A stretch of 64,000 bases of DNA from Macrostomum lignano (Eukaryota). A model generated the notes under the pieces. The model was given only the letters and a program-made list of their open reading frames with translations. It did no database searches and was not told the origin of the DNA. Shown here piece by piece: positions 24,050 through 36,138 of this stretch. Position numbers and translations under genes: made by a program. The DNA is taken from NCBI GenBank assembly GCA_002269645.1, contig NIVC01000230.1, forward strand, positions 745,024 through 809,023, in the 5' to 3' direction. Each line of letters begins with the position of its first letter. The first letter of the stretch is position 1.

Positions 24050-25240
24050 TTTACTTTTTACATGACTTAGAATTTAGATATCTCACTAGCAATCTACGCC
24101 CCCCCGTTGGGGAGCCAAAGAAATGCAATACACGTTTTTTAATAAGCTACATATATCCTTGGAATCTTAAAAAATCTCCTGTCAAACCTTGTAAGCCTTG
24201 ACATGTCAATAATTCCCCCCCACAAGCTTTAGCACATCAACTTCCCCCCTTGACATCTTAGCAATGCCCCCAATAAGCCTTGGAAATCTAAAAATATCTG
24301 TCAACCTTCTAACCCTAACCCTAGCCTAACCCTAACCCTAACCCTAACCCTAACCCTAACCTAACCCTAAAGCATTGAAATTTCAGTAATTCTCTCTGAG
24401 AGTCATTATAGCACTACTACAGCAGTATAGCGATTCCCTGCAAGCCTCGACATCGTAGGGATTCCCAAATGAATCTCTTAACTTCGACATGAAGCTTCTT
24501 TTATTTTTTACATTACGCTTTTTTTATCAGCGATCCCTCCAATGAGGAGGCATCAAATAATGTAATAAAAAGTTTTCAATAAACTACATGTAGCTTCTGA
24601 CTTTAGCCTTGAAATCTCAGCTATTCCCCCGTAAGCCTTAACATGTCAGCGATAGCCCCCATAAACCTTGAAATCTAAAAAATCCCCTGTTATTCTGTTA
24701 ACCTTGAAACCCGATAAAATCTAACCCTCAACCCACACCTGACCTAAACCTAACTTTAACCCAACCTAAAGCCTTGAAATCTCAGCAATTCTTCTCCCCT
24801 AAGCCTTGACATTTTAGTGATTCCTTCTTTAAGAATCACAGCACTATAATGATTTCCACCTAGCTTTGACATCGTAGCAATTCCCAAATGAATCTTTTAA
24901 CTTCGACATGACTTTTCTTTTATGTATACATAGTGCTACTTTTATTTTTTACATGACTCTTCTTCTATCAGCGTCCCCCCCGTGGTGAGCCAACAAAGAA
25001 TGCAATAAAAAAATTGAGTAAAGTACATGAACTTTGAAGTAGCTTCTGACTTTTGCTTTGACATCTCAGAACCCCCTCCCCCCGTAATCTCAGTTATTCT
25101 CTGAGAGCCTTTACATCTCAGTTTTTCTCCCTAGCACAGCATTATAGCTGCATTTAATTTTTACATGACACCCTTCATGTCTGACATGACGCTTCTTTTA
25201 TTGTACCATGATGCTTCTTAATTTTTTAAATGACACTCAT
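24050..25240. repeat. Diverged ~430-bp tandem units (2-3 copies) containing a telomere-like tract
   Basis: Block ...GACATCGTAG(GG/CA)ATTCCCAAATGAATCT...TTAACTTCGACATGA at ~24448 recurs at ~24868; a CCCTAA tract at 24309-24370 has a degenerate counterpart at 24721-24770. Confidence 0.7.
24309..24370 (-). repeat. Interstitial telomere-type repeat (TTAGGG)~10
   Basis: CTAACCCTAACCCTAGCCTAACCCTAACC... on the + strand. Confidence 0.9.
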
Positions 25241-25244
25241 TAGT

Positions 25245-27150
25245 TTTTAAATGAGGCTTCTATGATTTTTTTACATGGCGCTTCTATGATTGTTTACATG
25301 AAGCTTCTATGATTTTTTACATGACGCTTCTATGATTTTTAAAATGACGCTTTTATGATTGTTTACATGACGCTTCTATGATTGTTTACATGACACTTCT
25401 ATGATTTTTTTAAATGACGCTTCTATGATTGTTTACATGACGATTCTATGATTTTTGACATGATGCTTCTATGATTGTTTACATGACGCTTCTATGATTG
25501 TTTACATGATGCTTCTATGATTTTTTACATGACGCTTCTATGATTGTTTACATGACGCTTCTATGATTGTTTACATGACACTTCTATGATTGTTTACATG
25601 ACGCTTCTATGATTTTTTAAATGACGCTTCTATGATTGTTTACATGACGCTTCTATGATTGTTTACATGACGCTTCTATGATTGTTTACATGACGCTTCT
25701 ATGATTGTTTACATGACGCTTCTATAATTGTTTACAAGAAGCTTCTATGATTTTTTACATGACGCTTCTATGATTCATTACATGACGCTTCTATGATTGT
25801 TTACATGATGCTTCTATGATTTTTTACATGACGCTTCTATGATTCATTACATGACGCTTCTATGATTGTTTACATGACGCTTCTATGATTTTTTACATGA
25901 CGCTTCTATGATTGTTTACATGACGCTTCTATGATTGTTTACATGACACTTCTATGATTGTTTACATGACGCTTCTATGATTTTTTAAATGACGCTTCTA
26001 TGATTGTTTACATGACGCTTCTATGATTGTTTACATGACGCTTCTATGATTGTTTACATGACGCTTCTATGATTGTTTACATGACGCTTCTATAATTGTT
26101 TACAAGAAGCTTCTATGATTTTTTACATGACGCTTCTATGATTCATTACATGACGCTTCTATAATTTTTTTAAATGACGCTTCTATGATTGTTTACATGA
26201 CGCTTCGATAATTTTTTTAAATTACGTTTCTATGATTGTTTCCATGACGCTTCTATGATTGTTTACATGACGCTTCTATGATTGTTTACATGACGCTTCT
26301 ATGATTTTTTACATGACGCTTCTATGATTGTTTACATGACGCTTCTATGATTTTTTACATGACGCTTCTATGATTTTTTAAATGACGCTTCTATGATTGT
26401 TTACATGACGCTTCTATGATTATTTACATGACGCTTCTATGATTTTTTACATGACGCTTCTATGATTTTTACATGACGCTTCTATGATTGTTTACATGAC
26501 GCTTCTATAATTTTTTTAAATGACGCTTCTATGATTTTTTCCATGACGCTTCTATGATTTTTACATGACGCTTCTATGATTTTTTACATGGCGCTTCTAA
26601 GATTTTTTAAAAAAACGCTTCTATGATTGTTTACATGACGCTTCTATGATTTTTTTAAATGACGCTTCTATGATTGTTTACATTACGCTTCTATGATTGT
26701 TTACATGACGTTTCTATGATTTTTTACATGACGCTTCTATGATTTTTACATGACGCTTCTATGATTGTTTACATGACGCTTCTATAATTGTTTACATGAA
26801 GCTTCTATGATTTTTTACATGACGCTTCTATGATTCATTACATGACGCTTCTATGATTGTTTACATGACGCTTCTATGATTGTTTACATGACGCTTCTAT
26901 GATTGTTTACATGACGCTTCTATAATTGTTTACATGAAGCTTCTATGATTTTTTACATGACGCTTCTATGATTCATTACATGACGCTTCTATGATTGTTT
27001 ACATGACGCTTCTATGATTGTTTACATGATGCTTCTATGATTGTTTACATGACGCTTCTATAATTTTTTTAAATGACGTTTCTATGATTGTTTACATGAC
27101 GCTTCTATGATTGTTTCCATGACGCTTCTATGATTTTTACATGACGATTC
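25245..27150. repeat. 23-bp satellite, ~80 copies (CATGACGCTTCTATGATTGTTTA)
   Basis: Direct tandem periodicity of 22-24 with recurring variants. Confidence 0.97.
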
Positions 27151-27716
27151 TTTTTAAAAAGTCTTTTAGTTTTCCTGACGTTGAAAAGCTTTAATTAAAA
27201 AATTATACTCTATGAAAATTCGAACCATTGTCTCTGCATTTAGCAGTTCAGTTTGTTCACCTCTAGGCTAGCTCTCATCGTTTTGATAACATCATAATTA
27301 TATAATTCAACACTTGAAAATCCAAGCATAGAGTAAATCACACGAAGCAGTTATGACATAATCAGTTTCTCAGTCAGTCAGTATCAGTTAACAATATGGT
27401 TACGCAATTTAAATCAAGTCTGGTGCTACGCTTCCACACTGCATTTTCAATTCAAGTCAGAGTTACAATTCAGTTATGATGCAATCTATTTCAGAATCAG
27501 AATTCAACCAGTCAGTTTTTTCTCTAGCATTCTTACAATGCATTTCAAGTCGAAAAGTTTGCTTGACCTTTGCAAAAAAGCATGTTTTTCGAATATTTAA
27601 TGCCTTTAGCATCGAGCAATTTCTTAGCCACGATGCATGTACAGTCACGCAAAAATTTCTGATCGAACAGTGCAAGTTCGAACAAAATCGATCCAGCCAT
27701 TTTTTCTCTAATCTAT

Positions 27717-27721
<5 letters not shown>

Positions 27722-27755
<34 letters not shown>
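27722..27755. repeat. (TA)n microsatellite
   Basis: Pure TA run. Confidence 0.95.
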
Positions 27756-27760
<5 letters not shown>

Positions 27761-28218
27761 TCACATTTTTAGTATATAGGATTATGAAAAATAAGCTTTA
27801 CAATATATGTAATTAAATTTATTTTTATTTCCATTTGCTTGCTGATCATCCCAGATAATAAAGCAAGGCAATAAACAGACAAAATGACTTATTCTTTTTG
27901 ATTTTTGAAAAATTATTTTTTTGAATCTTTAAAATTAAGCTAGATAAAAGGTGCATGACCAAGATGGCCATAACTATAAATGTCTAAATAGATAATTATA
28001 AGCCTAGGTCAATATACTTAATTTATTTTTTTGGTAGTAATTTGTATTATGTGTAGATTGAAAAGTCTTAGAGATAGGCCCCTATCTCTATATTATTAAA
28101 TATTATTATATAATAGAATTATATTATATTATAAACATTCCCTTTGGCTTAAGCTTTTATTGTAGCTTTATCTATAGATATTTATCCAATAAATAAAGCA
28201 AGTAGCCTAGGCCCTAGC

Positions 28219-28249
<31 letters not shown>

Positions 28250-28865
28250 AATACGCTGTCAGGATGGCAAAAGTCAGCGTCACAGGCGCACTTCATGGCT
28301 TGGGCACAAACAAAGGCCACGCCACCAGCAGTGTCCGGGGCACCAGCATCAGCCAGCAGACAGTCAACATAATGCCGAGTTTGTGCTTGACCTCACTGGT
28401 AGGGTTCCTGCAGTGTGAGCAGCAGCACCTCCTGCACCGGCTGTGGGCAGTACGACTCGGCATGGATGAGATGGCCTGCAAGCTGGAGTTGCTGATGGCG
28501 CAGTAGATCACTTGGACATGGCAGGCCAGCGCGGTGATAGAGTGCCGTGTTAGTGACTCGCTTGACGCCGATGTTGAAGGTGGCATGCAGTAGGCCAGCA
28601 TGGGCTGCATTGACTTGCTGTTTGAGTGAGTCCGTCAGCGTCCAGGTCTTAGCATTGTACAGCAGGATGGTCTCTATTACCGCCTGGAACAGCGCCACTC
28701 TCTGGCAGTCCAGTAGGGCCTCGGACTGCAGGACTGCCCTCACAGAACAAAAGGCAGCCCAGGCAAGCCTGCGGCGGTGTCGCAGGTCCTCGCGAGCATC
28801 TGGAACCAGACCACCAAGGTAGACAAACTGCTGACATCGCGGGAGTTCAGTCGCCTACCTGTCAG
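28219..28865 (-). mobile_element. 5'-truncated RTE-type non-LTR retrotransposon (RT C-terminus, decayed) with (GTT)n tail
   Basis: Minus strand QFVYLGG...RRRLAWAAF (RT motif 7) then RVALFQAVIETILLYNAKTWTL...LQLAGHL, typical of the post-RT region; ends in an (AAC)n tract at 28219-28248 on +. Confidence 0.8.
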
Positions 28866-29885
28866 CACCTTGGCAGAATATAGGAAATAGCACAACATAA
28901 ATATACCTTGTTACACAGGGGTGGATTTAGGGGGGACAGCCATCCTCCCCCCAGAATAGGCTAGCTTGATAGAACATATTGCACCTTTTAAATTTGATTG
29001 TTTGCCTCCAAATGCTTTTTTGCATCCCTAAGATTGATTTTTGCCCCTTAGGGTAGGGCCTATATGCATTTTTTGTGCCTCCTACTCTTAGATTAAAAAT
29101 TATTGCCCTTTATACTTGCAATGGCACTCTAAACTTGGACAGCCCCTCCAATGAAACTCTAGATCCATCTTCACCAACCATCGTTGTTGCATATTGATTA
29201 TATTTTTACATAGGCCTAGCATTACCATTAGCAATGATTTCTTGATTAACTGATAATGATAATAGATTTAATAGATGTATGTAATGATAGGAAATAAATG
29301 GGCACTAGGGCCTAACCCATAAGTTTTTGTATTATGGTAAATTAGTTTTAAATCTATATTTTATTGTTGTATTAATATTTATGAATAGGCCTATGCTATG
29401 ATTGATTAAATTATTAATATGATTAATATATTAATTACCATTAAGTTGTAAATGAATAGTAGGGCCTAGTCCCTACTAGTATAGTGAGAGTAAATATAAT
29501 AATAGAGCCGAGGTTCAATGTTGCAGCCATCTTGGTCTTAGGCCTACACCAGATAAAATACTTGATTTTCTAATTCTTCTGAAACGCTTGCTACAAACTT
29601 AGGATGTGCCCAAAAAAAGCTAAAAACTGCTGAATTAGGCCGGCGCAGGTCCTAGGCCTACTTAGTTTTGTGTTTTAGTTTAGTGATGTGTGATGATGCC
29701 ATGCAATACAATTGCAGCATAAATGTATGTTACACAGATCAATGGTGAGAAAACAGCCTGTCATTGTGGGAAATTTTGTGTATCTAAGATCAATATTGAT
29801 ACTACAAGTTCAAGTTTTTCGGAATATCTAGATTCTAGAAAGATGTTGCAAGGCCCGCTCGATCGATGGGTCTCGATCGCTTCGT

Positions 29886-32362
29886 ATGTGAGGGTTTCCC
29901 GACAGATATTCAGACAGATATTCAAAACGATCATCTACTTTTAACAAAATGGACCAAACGGAACCATATTTTTGGCAGATGTTTACGCATGTGTTTGCAA
30001 TCAAATGAGCCCAAATTTGTTTTATAATATAAAAAACTTTACGAAGTGCATTGTTTCAAAGATTGCTTGGCAACACCCTGATTCAGCATCTCTTCAACGT
30101 TTTCTGAAAATGATTCAATTTTTACATCCCATAAATGTGCCCCGTATCCCAAAAAGACAATGGACTAACTCTTACGCATGTTTCAGCTGTAAAATGCCGC
30201 ATCACGCGTCTAATAAAATACTTTACTTCTTGAATTATTTTCTTTTAAAGTGTGCTTGGAGATTTGCTTTTTTGAAGGCAAGTCATGAAACAGCGCATAT
30301 TTGCTGATGTCAGAACTCCATTTCGCTCTCAAATTAAATGAATTTATAGTTCCATTCTTACGCATATCCCAGCTTTAGAATGACACCATTGAAGCTGAAA
30401 AAGAAACAGTATTTCCTGAGATATTCGACTCTAAAGTGTGCTTTGCTTTTGAGTCAATAACGCTTGACGTTGTATGTCGAAATATACGCCAAGAAATTGT
30501 GACACCATTTTTTGCTTACGAAACATAAAACTTAACTCGCTCTTTTACGCACGTCCCAGCTTTAAAATGACACCTCAGGCGTCGCCAAAGACGCCACCGT
30601 TCGTGAGATATTCGACTCGAAACATTGCTCGGCGTGTACAGACATTCACCTTATAAATCAAATGTATTCCCAATCTTTGTGCACGTGCGGTGCTCCACCT
30701 GTGCTTTTCAGTCAATTCCGATGAAATTTAACTCGCTCTTTTACGCACGTCCCAGCTTTAAAATGACACCTCAGGCGTCGCCAAAGACGCCACTGTTCGT
30801 GAGATATTCGACTCGAAACATTGCTCGGCGTGTACAGACATTCACCTTGAGAAGTCAATTGCAGTCAATCTTGGCGAAACTTTAATGAAGATATTTGATT
30901 CGAAACATTGCTCGCCGTTTAGTTCGAGCCATTATAAACTTTTGACCGAAACAGTAAATTCCATTTTTTCGATTTTTTGAATGGAGGCGAATCACCTGAA
31001 TGATTGATAATTTTCGACAGTAAATATAATAATATTATTACATAACATTATAACATATTAATAATACGAGCGACAGTGTTACATCATTATTCACTGACTT
31101 CCGCTTAAATTTTGGCATACCTGCAATTAAAAGGGCTTTTAATAAATGATGCAGTTATCAGATTGCCAGCGGAAACAAGTTTTAGATGTCAATCTGGGAG
31201 CACGTTTTACAGACGGCGCTAGCAGCACTTCGGTCCCAACAGATTTTGTGGTGCCAGAAGAGGCAGGATGGACACTCAATCTAAAGGACGAAAACAATTG
31301 TGATATGTATATTTTATTTTATATTATGTATTATTTTTCTTGCAGTCTCAAGCTTACGTTGGGTGCAGTTAACGATTATTGTACATTTGTCAAGAAGCAA
31401 ACTGCGACCGAATAGGCAGGTGAAAACACCGCATGAGTAGGCGTCCTTCTGTTGAGTGCACATTCGATTAGCCAGGTTAAAGTGCTTATAGCGAAGGTGT
31501 TCAAGATGAGGATGTGGCAGTGGACTCTCAAGTTCGGTGCCAGTCAGAAGTGTGCTATGGTACACAAGTAGTAAAAGAAACTTTAGCAATCTACTGTGAA
31601 TATACTGTGCAAATTCAACAAAAATCAACTCAAATATCTCACGAACGGTGGCGTCTTTGGCGACGCCTGAGGTGTCATTTTAAAGCTGGGACGTGCGTAA
31701 AAGAGCGAGTCAAGTTTTATGTTTCGTAAGCAAAAAATGGTGTCACAATTTCTTGGCGTATATTTCGACATACAACGTCAAGCGTTATTGACTCAAAAGC
31801 AAAGCACACTTTAGAGTCGAATATCTCAGGAAATACTGTTTCTTTTTCAGCTTCAATGGTGTCATTCTAAAGCTGGGATGTGCGTAAGAATGGAACTATA
31901 AATTCATGTAATTTGAGAGCGAAATGGAGTTCTGACATCAGCAAATATGCGCTGTTTCATGACTTGCCTTCAAAAAAGCAAATCTCCAAGCACACTTTAA
32001 AAGAAAATAATTCAAGAAGTAAAGTATTTTATTAGACGCGTGATGCGGCATTTTACAGCTGAAACATGCGTAAGAGTTAGTCCATTGTCTTTTTGGGATA
32101 CGGGGCACATTTATGGGATGTAAAAATTGAATCATTTTCAGAAAACGTTGAAGAGATGCTGAATCAGGGTGTTGCCAAGCAATCTTTGAAACAATGCACT
32201 TCGTAAAGTTTTTTATATTATAAAACAAATTTGGGCTCATTTGATTGCAAACACATGCGTAAACATCTGCCAAAAATTTGGTTCCGCTTGGTCCATTTTG
32301 TTAAAAGTAGTAGATGATCGTTTTGAATATCTGTCTGAATATCTGTCGGGAAACCCTCACAT
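29886..32362. mobile_element. Non-autonomous Mutator-like (MULE)/foldback DNA transposon, 2477 bp
   Basis: ~730-bp near-identical TIRs (29886-30612 and 31633-32362; identical 111-aa ORFs on opposite strands); perfect 9-bp TSD TCGCTTCGT at 29877-29885 and 32363-32371. Confidence 0.9.
31182..31560 (-). pseudogene. Ulp1/SENP (C48) protease C-terminal fragment plus PHD-finger exon inside the MULE
   Basis: Minus strand CTQQKDAYSCGVFTCLFGRSLL (Q-x5-CG oxyanion/catalytic Cys motif), then after a TTTAG acceptor the exon 31280-31182 IECPSCLFWHHKICWDRSAASAVCKTCSQIDI* (C-x2-C-x4-H-x2-C...C-x2-C). Splice phases do not match, so it is decayed. Confidence 0.7.
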
Positions 32363-33173
32363 TCGCTTCGTCTCCTCGTGAATCGTGGCTTTTAATTTCC
32401 GAATTTTAAACTTTTATCCATTTCTTCTTTCTTTTTTGGTATTTTAAACTAATAGTTATAACAAACAGTTTGACTCAAAAAACGTTTAGAGAATTTATTT
32501 TACATTTTATAACGTTCTTTCGCTTTAAATAACAACAGCTAACCGAAAAGTGGTGATCTGGTAGTTTCCTATAATTTTCACAATGTGCAGGTGCAAATAA
32601 AAGGACTTTCATTAAAAATTGGACTTGGATAATGTATATGCGACGCAGGGCTGACTTCATGCAGTATTTTTACTTAGGTCAAATGCTTCAAAGTGCTTCA
32701 CTGGTTTCCTTGGGCTGACAGCTCTCGATCACGTCTATCAAAAGTCAGATGGCAAATGACGTGTGCAGGTAAAATGCATGTATGAGTACCTGTATGAGTT
32801 CGGTGCAGAGCTTCCCGTTAAATAAAACAAAGATGGTGCTGATTAAGTTAGACTTCGTCTGCTAAATTGCTCAGAATTAGCTTGCAATAACTGAGGCTAA
32901 GCGGTTTTAAGTTAACCAAAACATGCACTCTACAAGGCTGCAGAATCGGTTTTCTTGTTGATGGATCTACTTTGCTAATGTATTCGATATTCTCGCACCG
33001 AATTTGCTAAGTTGAGGTATTTCGACCTCAAAGTCCCCTTGATATTATTATGAGTGGACCCGTATGTTACGCATGCATTCAAAAAGCGACTGATGTAGCA
33101 TAAATATATACTATACGCAGTATTGCATGCAAATGTAAGTAATCCTTGTGTAGACACTAATAAGACATATAGC

Positions 33174-33280
33174 GCTTGCGGCGCCAAAATGAGTGCCTGC
33201 GGCGCTAAAATGAGTGCCTGCGGCGCTAAAATGAGTGCCTGCGGCGCTAAAATGAGGGCCTGCGGCGCTAAAATGAGTCC
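33174..33280. repeat. 21-bp minisatellite, ~5 copies (GCCTGCGGCGCTAAAATGAGT)
   Basis: Direct tandem repeat. Confidence 0.9.
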
Positions 33281-34574
33281 TATAACAACTCCAATTCCCA
33301 ATATAATGTAGGAATTTTGTCATGTAGAATTCTTGGCTTTGTCACCCCGGCCCCATGCACTATATAAAATCCATGACGACGTCCCTGCCCATAAATTTTA
33401 TACATGGAGTAATTGTTGCTGCATGGTATACATATATATACTCAGCCACATATTGAAAAGTCGCCAGCCTTTGCCCCAGTGAGCAGTGTCTTTCAACCAG
33501 GCAGCGTGTCTATCACCTGGTCAACCATTTTGATTTTATAAAATATGCTTGAAAAAGCAATGAAAACCGGGCGGAATTGCTCCTAAGTTTACTAAGGTGG
33601 CGACTTTTTACTGGTTGTTGCAGAGTATATTTGTATGGGATTACTGTAGTAGATCGCAAAAATTGATCGGATTGAGCCTACCACTTAGCTTCTTCAATTT
33701 GATTTCTATATTCCTAGTTTTTGATAGACTAAAATCCTAAAAACGTAACACGTACATGTATTTGGAGTAGTTTTAACTGGGGCATAAGCACTACTATATA
33801 GTAGTATTGAGTTAAGCCCACCTCACGCTCTACAGCGCTCACAATTACGCGCTCCATTCACAATATACAGTGCGTGTACCAGACGTTTAAAACAGTACAG
33901 TACAGTAAATTTCGTCAGAAAAAGCCCATATCCATTGAGAAGCTTTGAAGAGAATTAATGCGTTATGCACGTTAGGATGGATTACGCGATGACTCACACA
34001 GCTGCTCCTGGAATTCTAGAGTGTGAGTACAGATCTTGACCCCAATGTACATATATAGCTGGGGTGTCAGGATTAGAATTGGAAACTGAAAACTGACTGA
34101 TGGGTGGCTGGAGGTCGACGGGCTCTCATGGGTCAAGAACTGCATTGGCGAGTACATACAGCTTTCTAACCCCAGCTATTTTCTGCACCCCACTCCACAC
34201 CCCACCCCCAGTCCACTGTACAGGCAAAAACTCGACTGCGTTATCGGAGTGTACACTGCAGCATGCGCGTACACGTTATGGAATTTTTATATCTAGCTAT
34301 ACTAACTGCATTTAGCTATAGCTATAGTTTTAATTCCTTATTTAACAACAGCTACAAATATTCATATTTTAGCTAGAGAAACTGCTTGAGTCAACAGTAA
34401 TCTACTTTAATAGATAATAATAAATAGAGAAGCTTTCTTCAGACACTATAGCAACAGGAATGTAAGTAAAAATGTTTTTTACTGTATTTTGAGGGGTTGC
34501 CACGCCATTTCATGTCAGGGGCTGCCCTGACATTTGAGAAGGGAGCCATTTCAGTTGATGTGAAGCACCATGTC

Positions 34575-35972
34575 ATTTCAGGAGAGGCGCCAATTCATTT
34601 TAAGAGAGGCGCCAATTCATTTCAGGAGAGGCGCCATTTCATTTGAGGAGAGGCGCCATTTCATTTTAGGAGAGGCGCCATTTCATTTGAGGAGGGGCGC
34701 CATTTCATTTGAGGAGAGGCGCCATGTCATTTGAGGAGAGGCGCCATGTCATTTCAGGAGAGGCGCCATGTCATTTCAGGAGAGGCGCCATGTCATTTGA
34801 GGAGAGGCGCCATTTCATTTGAGGAGAGGCGCCATTTCGTTTCAGGAGAGGCGCCATTTCATTTTAGGAGAGGCGCCATTTTATTTTAGGAGAGGCGCCA
34901 TTTCATGTTAGGAGAGGCGCCATTTCATTTTAGGAGGGGCGCCATTTCATTTCAGGAGAGGCGCCATTTCATTTTAGGAGAGGCGCCATTTAATTTGAGG
35001 AGAGGCGCCATTTAATTTGAGGAGAGGCGCCATTTCATTTGAGGAGAGGCGCCATTTCATTTGAGGAGAGGCGCCATTTCATTTGAGGAGATGCGCCATG
35101 TCATTTGAGGAGATGCGCCATGTCATTTCAGGAGAGGCGCCATGTCATTTGAGGAGAGGCGCCATTTCATTTGAGGAGATGCGCCATGTCATTTGAGGAG
35201 AAGCGCCATTTCGTTTGGGGAGGGGCGCAATTTAATTTAATGAGAGGCGCCATTTCATTTGAGGAGATGCGCCATTCCATGAGGAGAGGCGCCAGTCCAT
35301 GATGAGAGGCGCCAGTCCATGATGAGATGCGCCATTCCATGAGGAGAGGCGCCATTCCATGAGGAGAGGCGCCATTCCATGAGGAGAGGCGCCAGTCCAT
35401 GATGAGAGGCGCCATTCCATTAGGAGAGGCACATTCTATTGAGGAAAAGGCGCCAGTTCATTTGAGGAGAGGCGCCATTTCAGTTGAGGAGAGGCGCCAT
35501 TTCATTTGAGGAGAGGCGCCATGTCATTTGAGGAGAGGCGCCATGTCATTTCAGGAGAGGCGCCATGTCATTTGAGGAGAGGCGCCATTTCATTTGAGGA
35601 GAGGCACCATTTCATTTGAGGAGATGCGCCATTTCATTTGAGGAGATGCGCCATGTCATTTGAGGAGATGCGCCATGTCATCTGAGGAGAGGCGCCATTT
35701 CGTTTGGGGAGGGGCGCAATTTCATTTGAGGAGAGGCGCCATTTCATTTGAGGAGATGCGCCATTCCATGAGGAGAGGCGCCAGTCCATGAGGAGAGGCG
35801 CCATTCCATGAGGAGAGGCGCCAGTCCATGATGAGAGGCGCCATTCCATGAGGAGAGGCGCCATTCCATGAGGAGAGGCGCCAGTCCATGATGAGAGGCG
35901 CCATTCCATTAGGAGAGGCACATTCTATTGAGGAAAAGGCGCCAGTTCATTTGAGGAGAGGAGGCGCCATTT
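34575..35972. repeat. 22-bp satellite (GAGGAGAGGCGCCATTTCATTT), ~60 copies, with an internal duplicated higher-order block
   Basis: Direct periodicity of 22; the variant block at ~35160-35470 recurs at ~35640-35955. Confidence 0.95.
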
Positions 35973-36138
35973 CTCCCGTAAGTAGTGTATGCGGCTTCAG
36001 GTATAGCCAATGGATTATTGTCAGGAGTGGCGTTGTCTATGGCACAAAACGCGGTTCTTTCTCGTAACTGAAATACGCATAAGAATATTTCTTAAGCATA
36101 ACGCAATTCGAATAGTCAAAACCTATAAGCATCAGAAC

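Noticed and set aside
24309-24370. True telomere or chromosome-fusion scar
   Set aside because: Only ~10 units, embedded in a repeated unit whose sister copy has a decayed version; no head-to-head arrangement.
28916-29173. Possible MITE (CAGGGGTGGATTTAG ... CTAGATCCATC), and a similar weak pair at 33437-33630
   Set aside because: TIRs are too degenerate and no TSD could be verified by eye.
29972-32273. Two identical 111-aa ORFs on opposite strands
   Set aside because: They are simply the two TIR arms, start with a non-ATG codon and show no recognisable domain.
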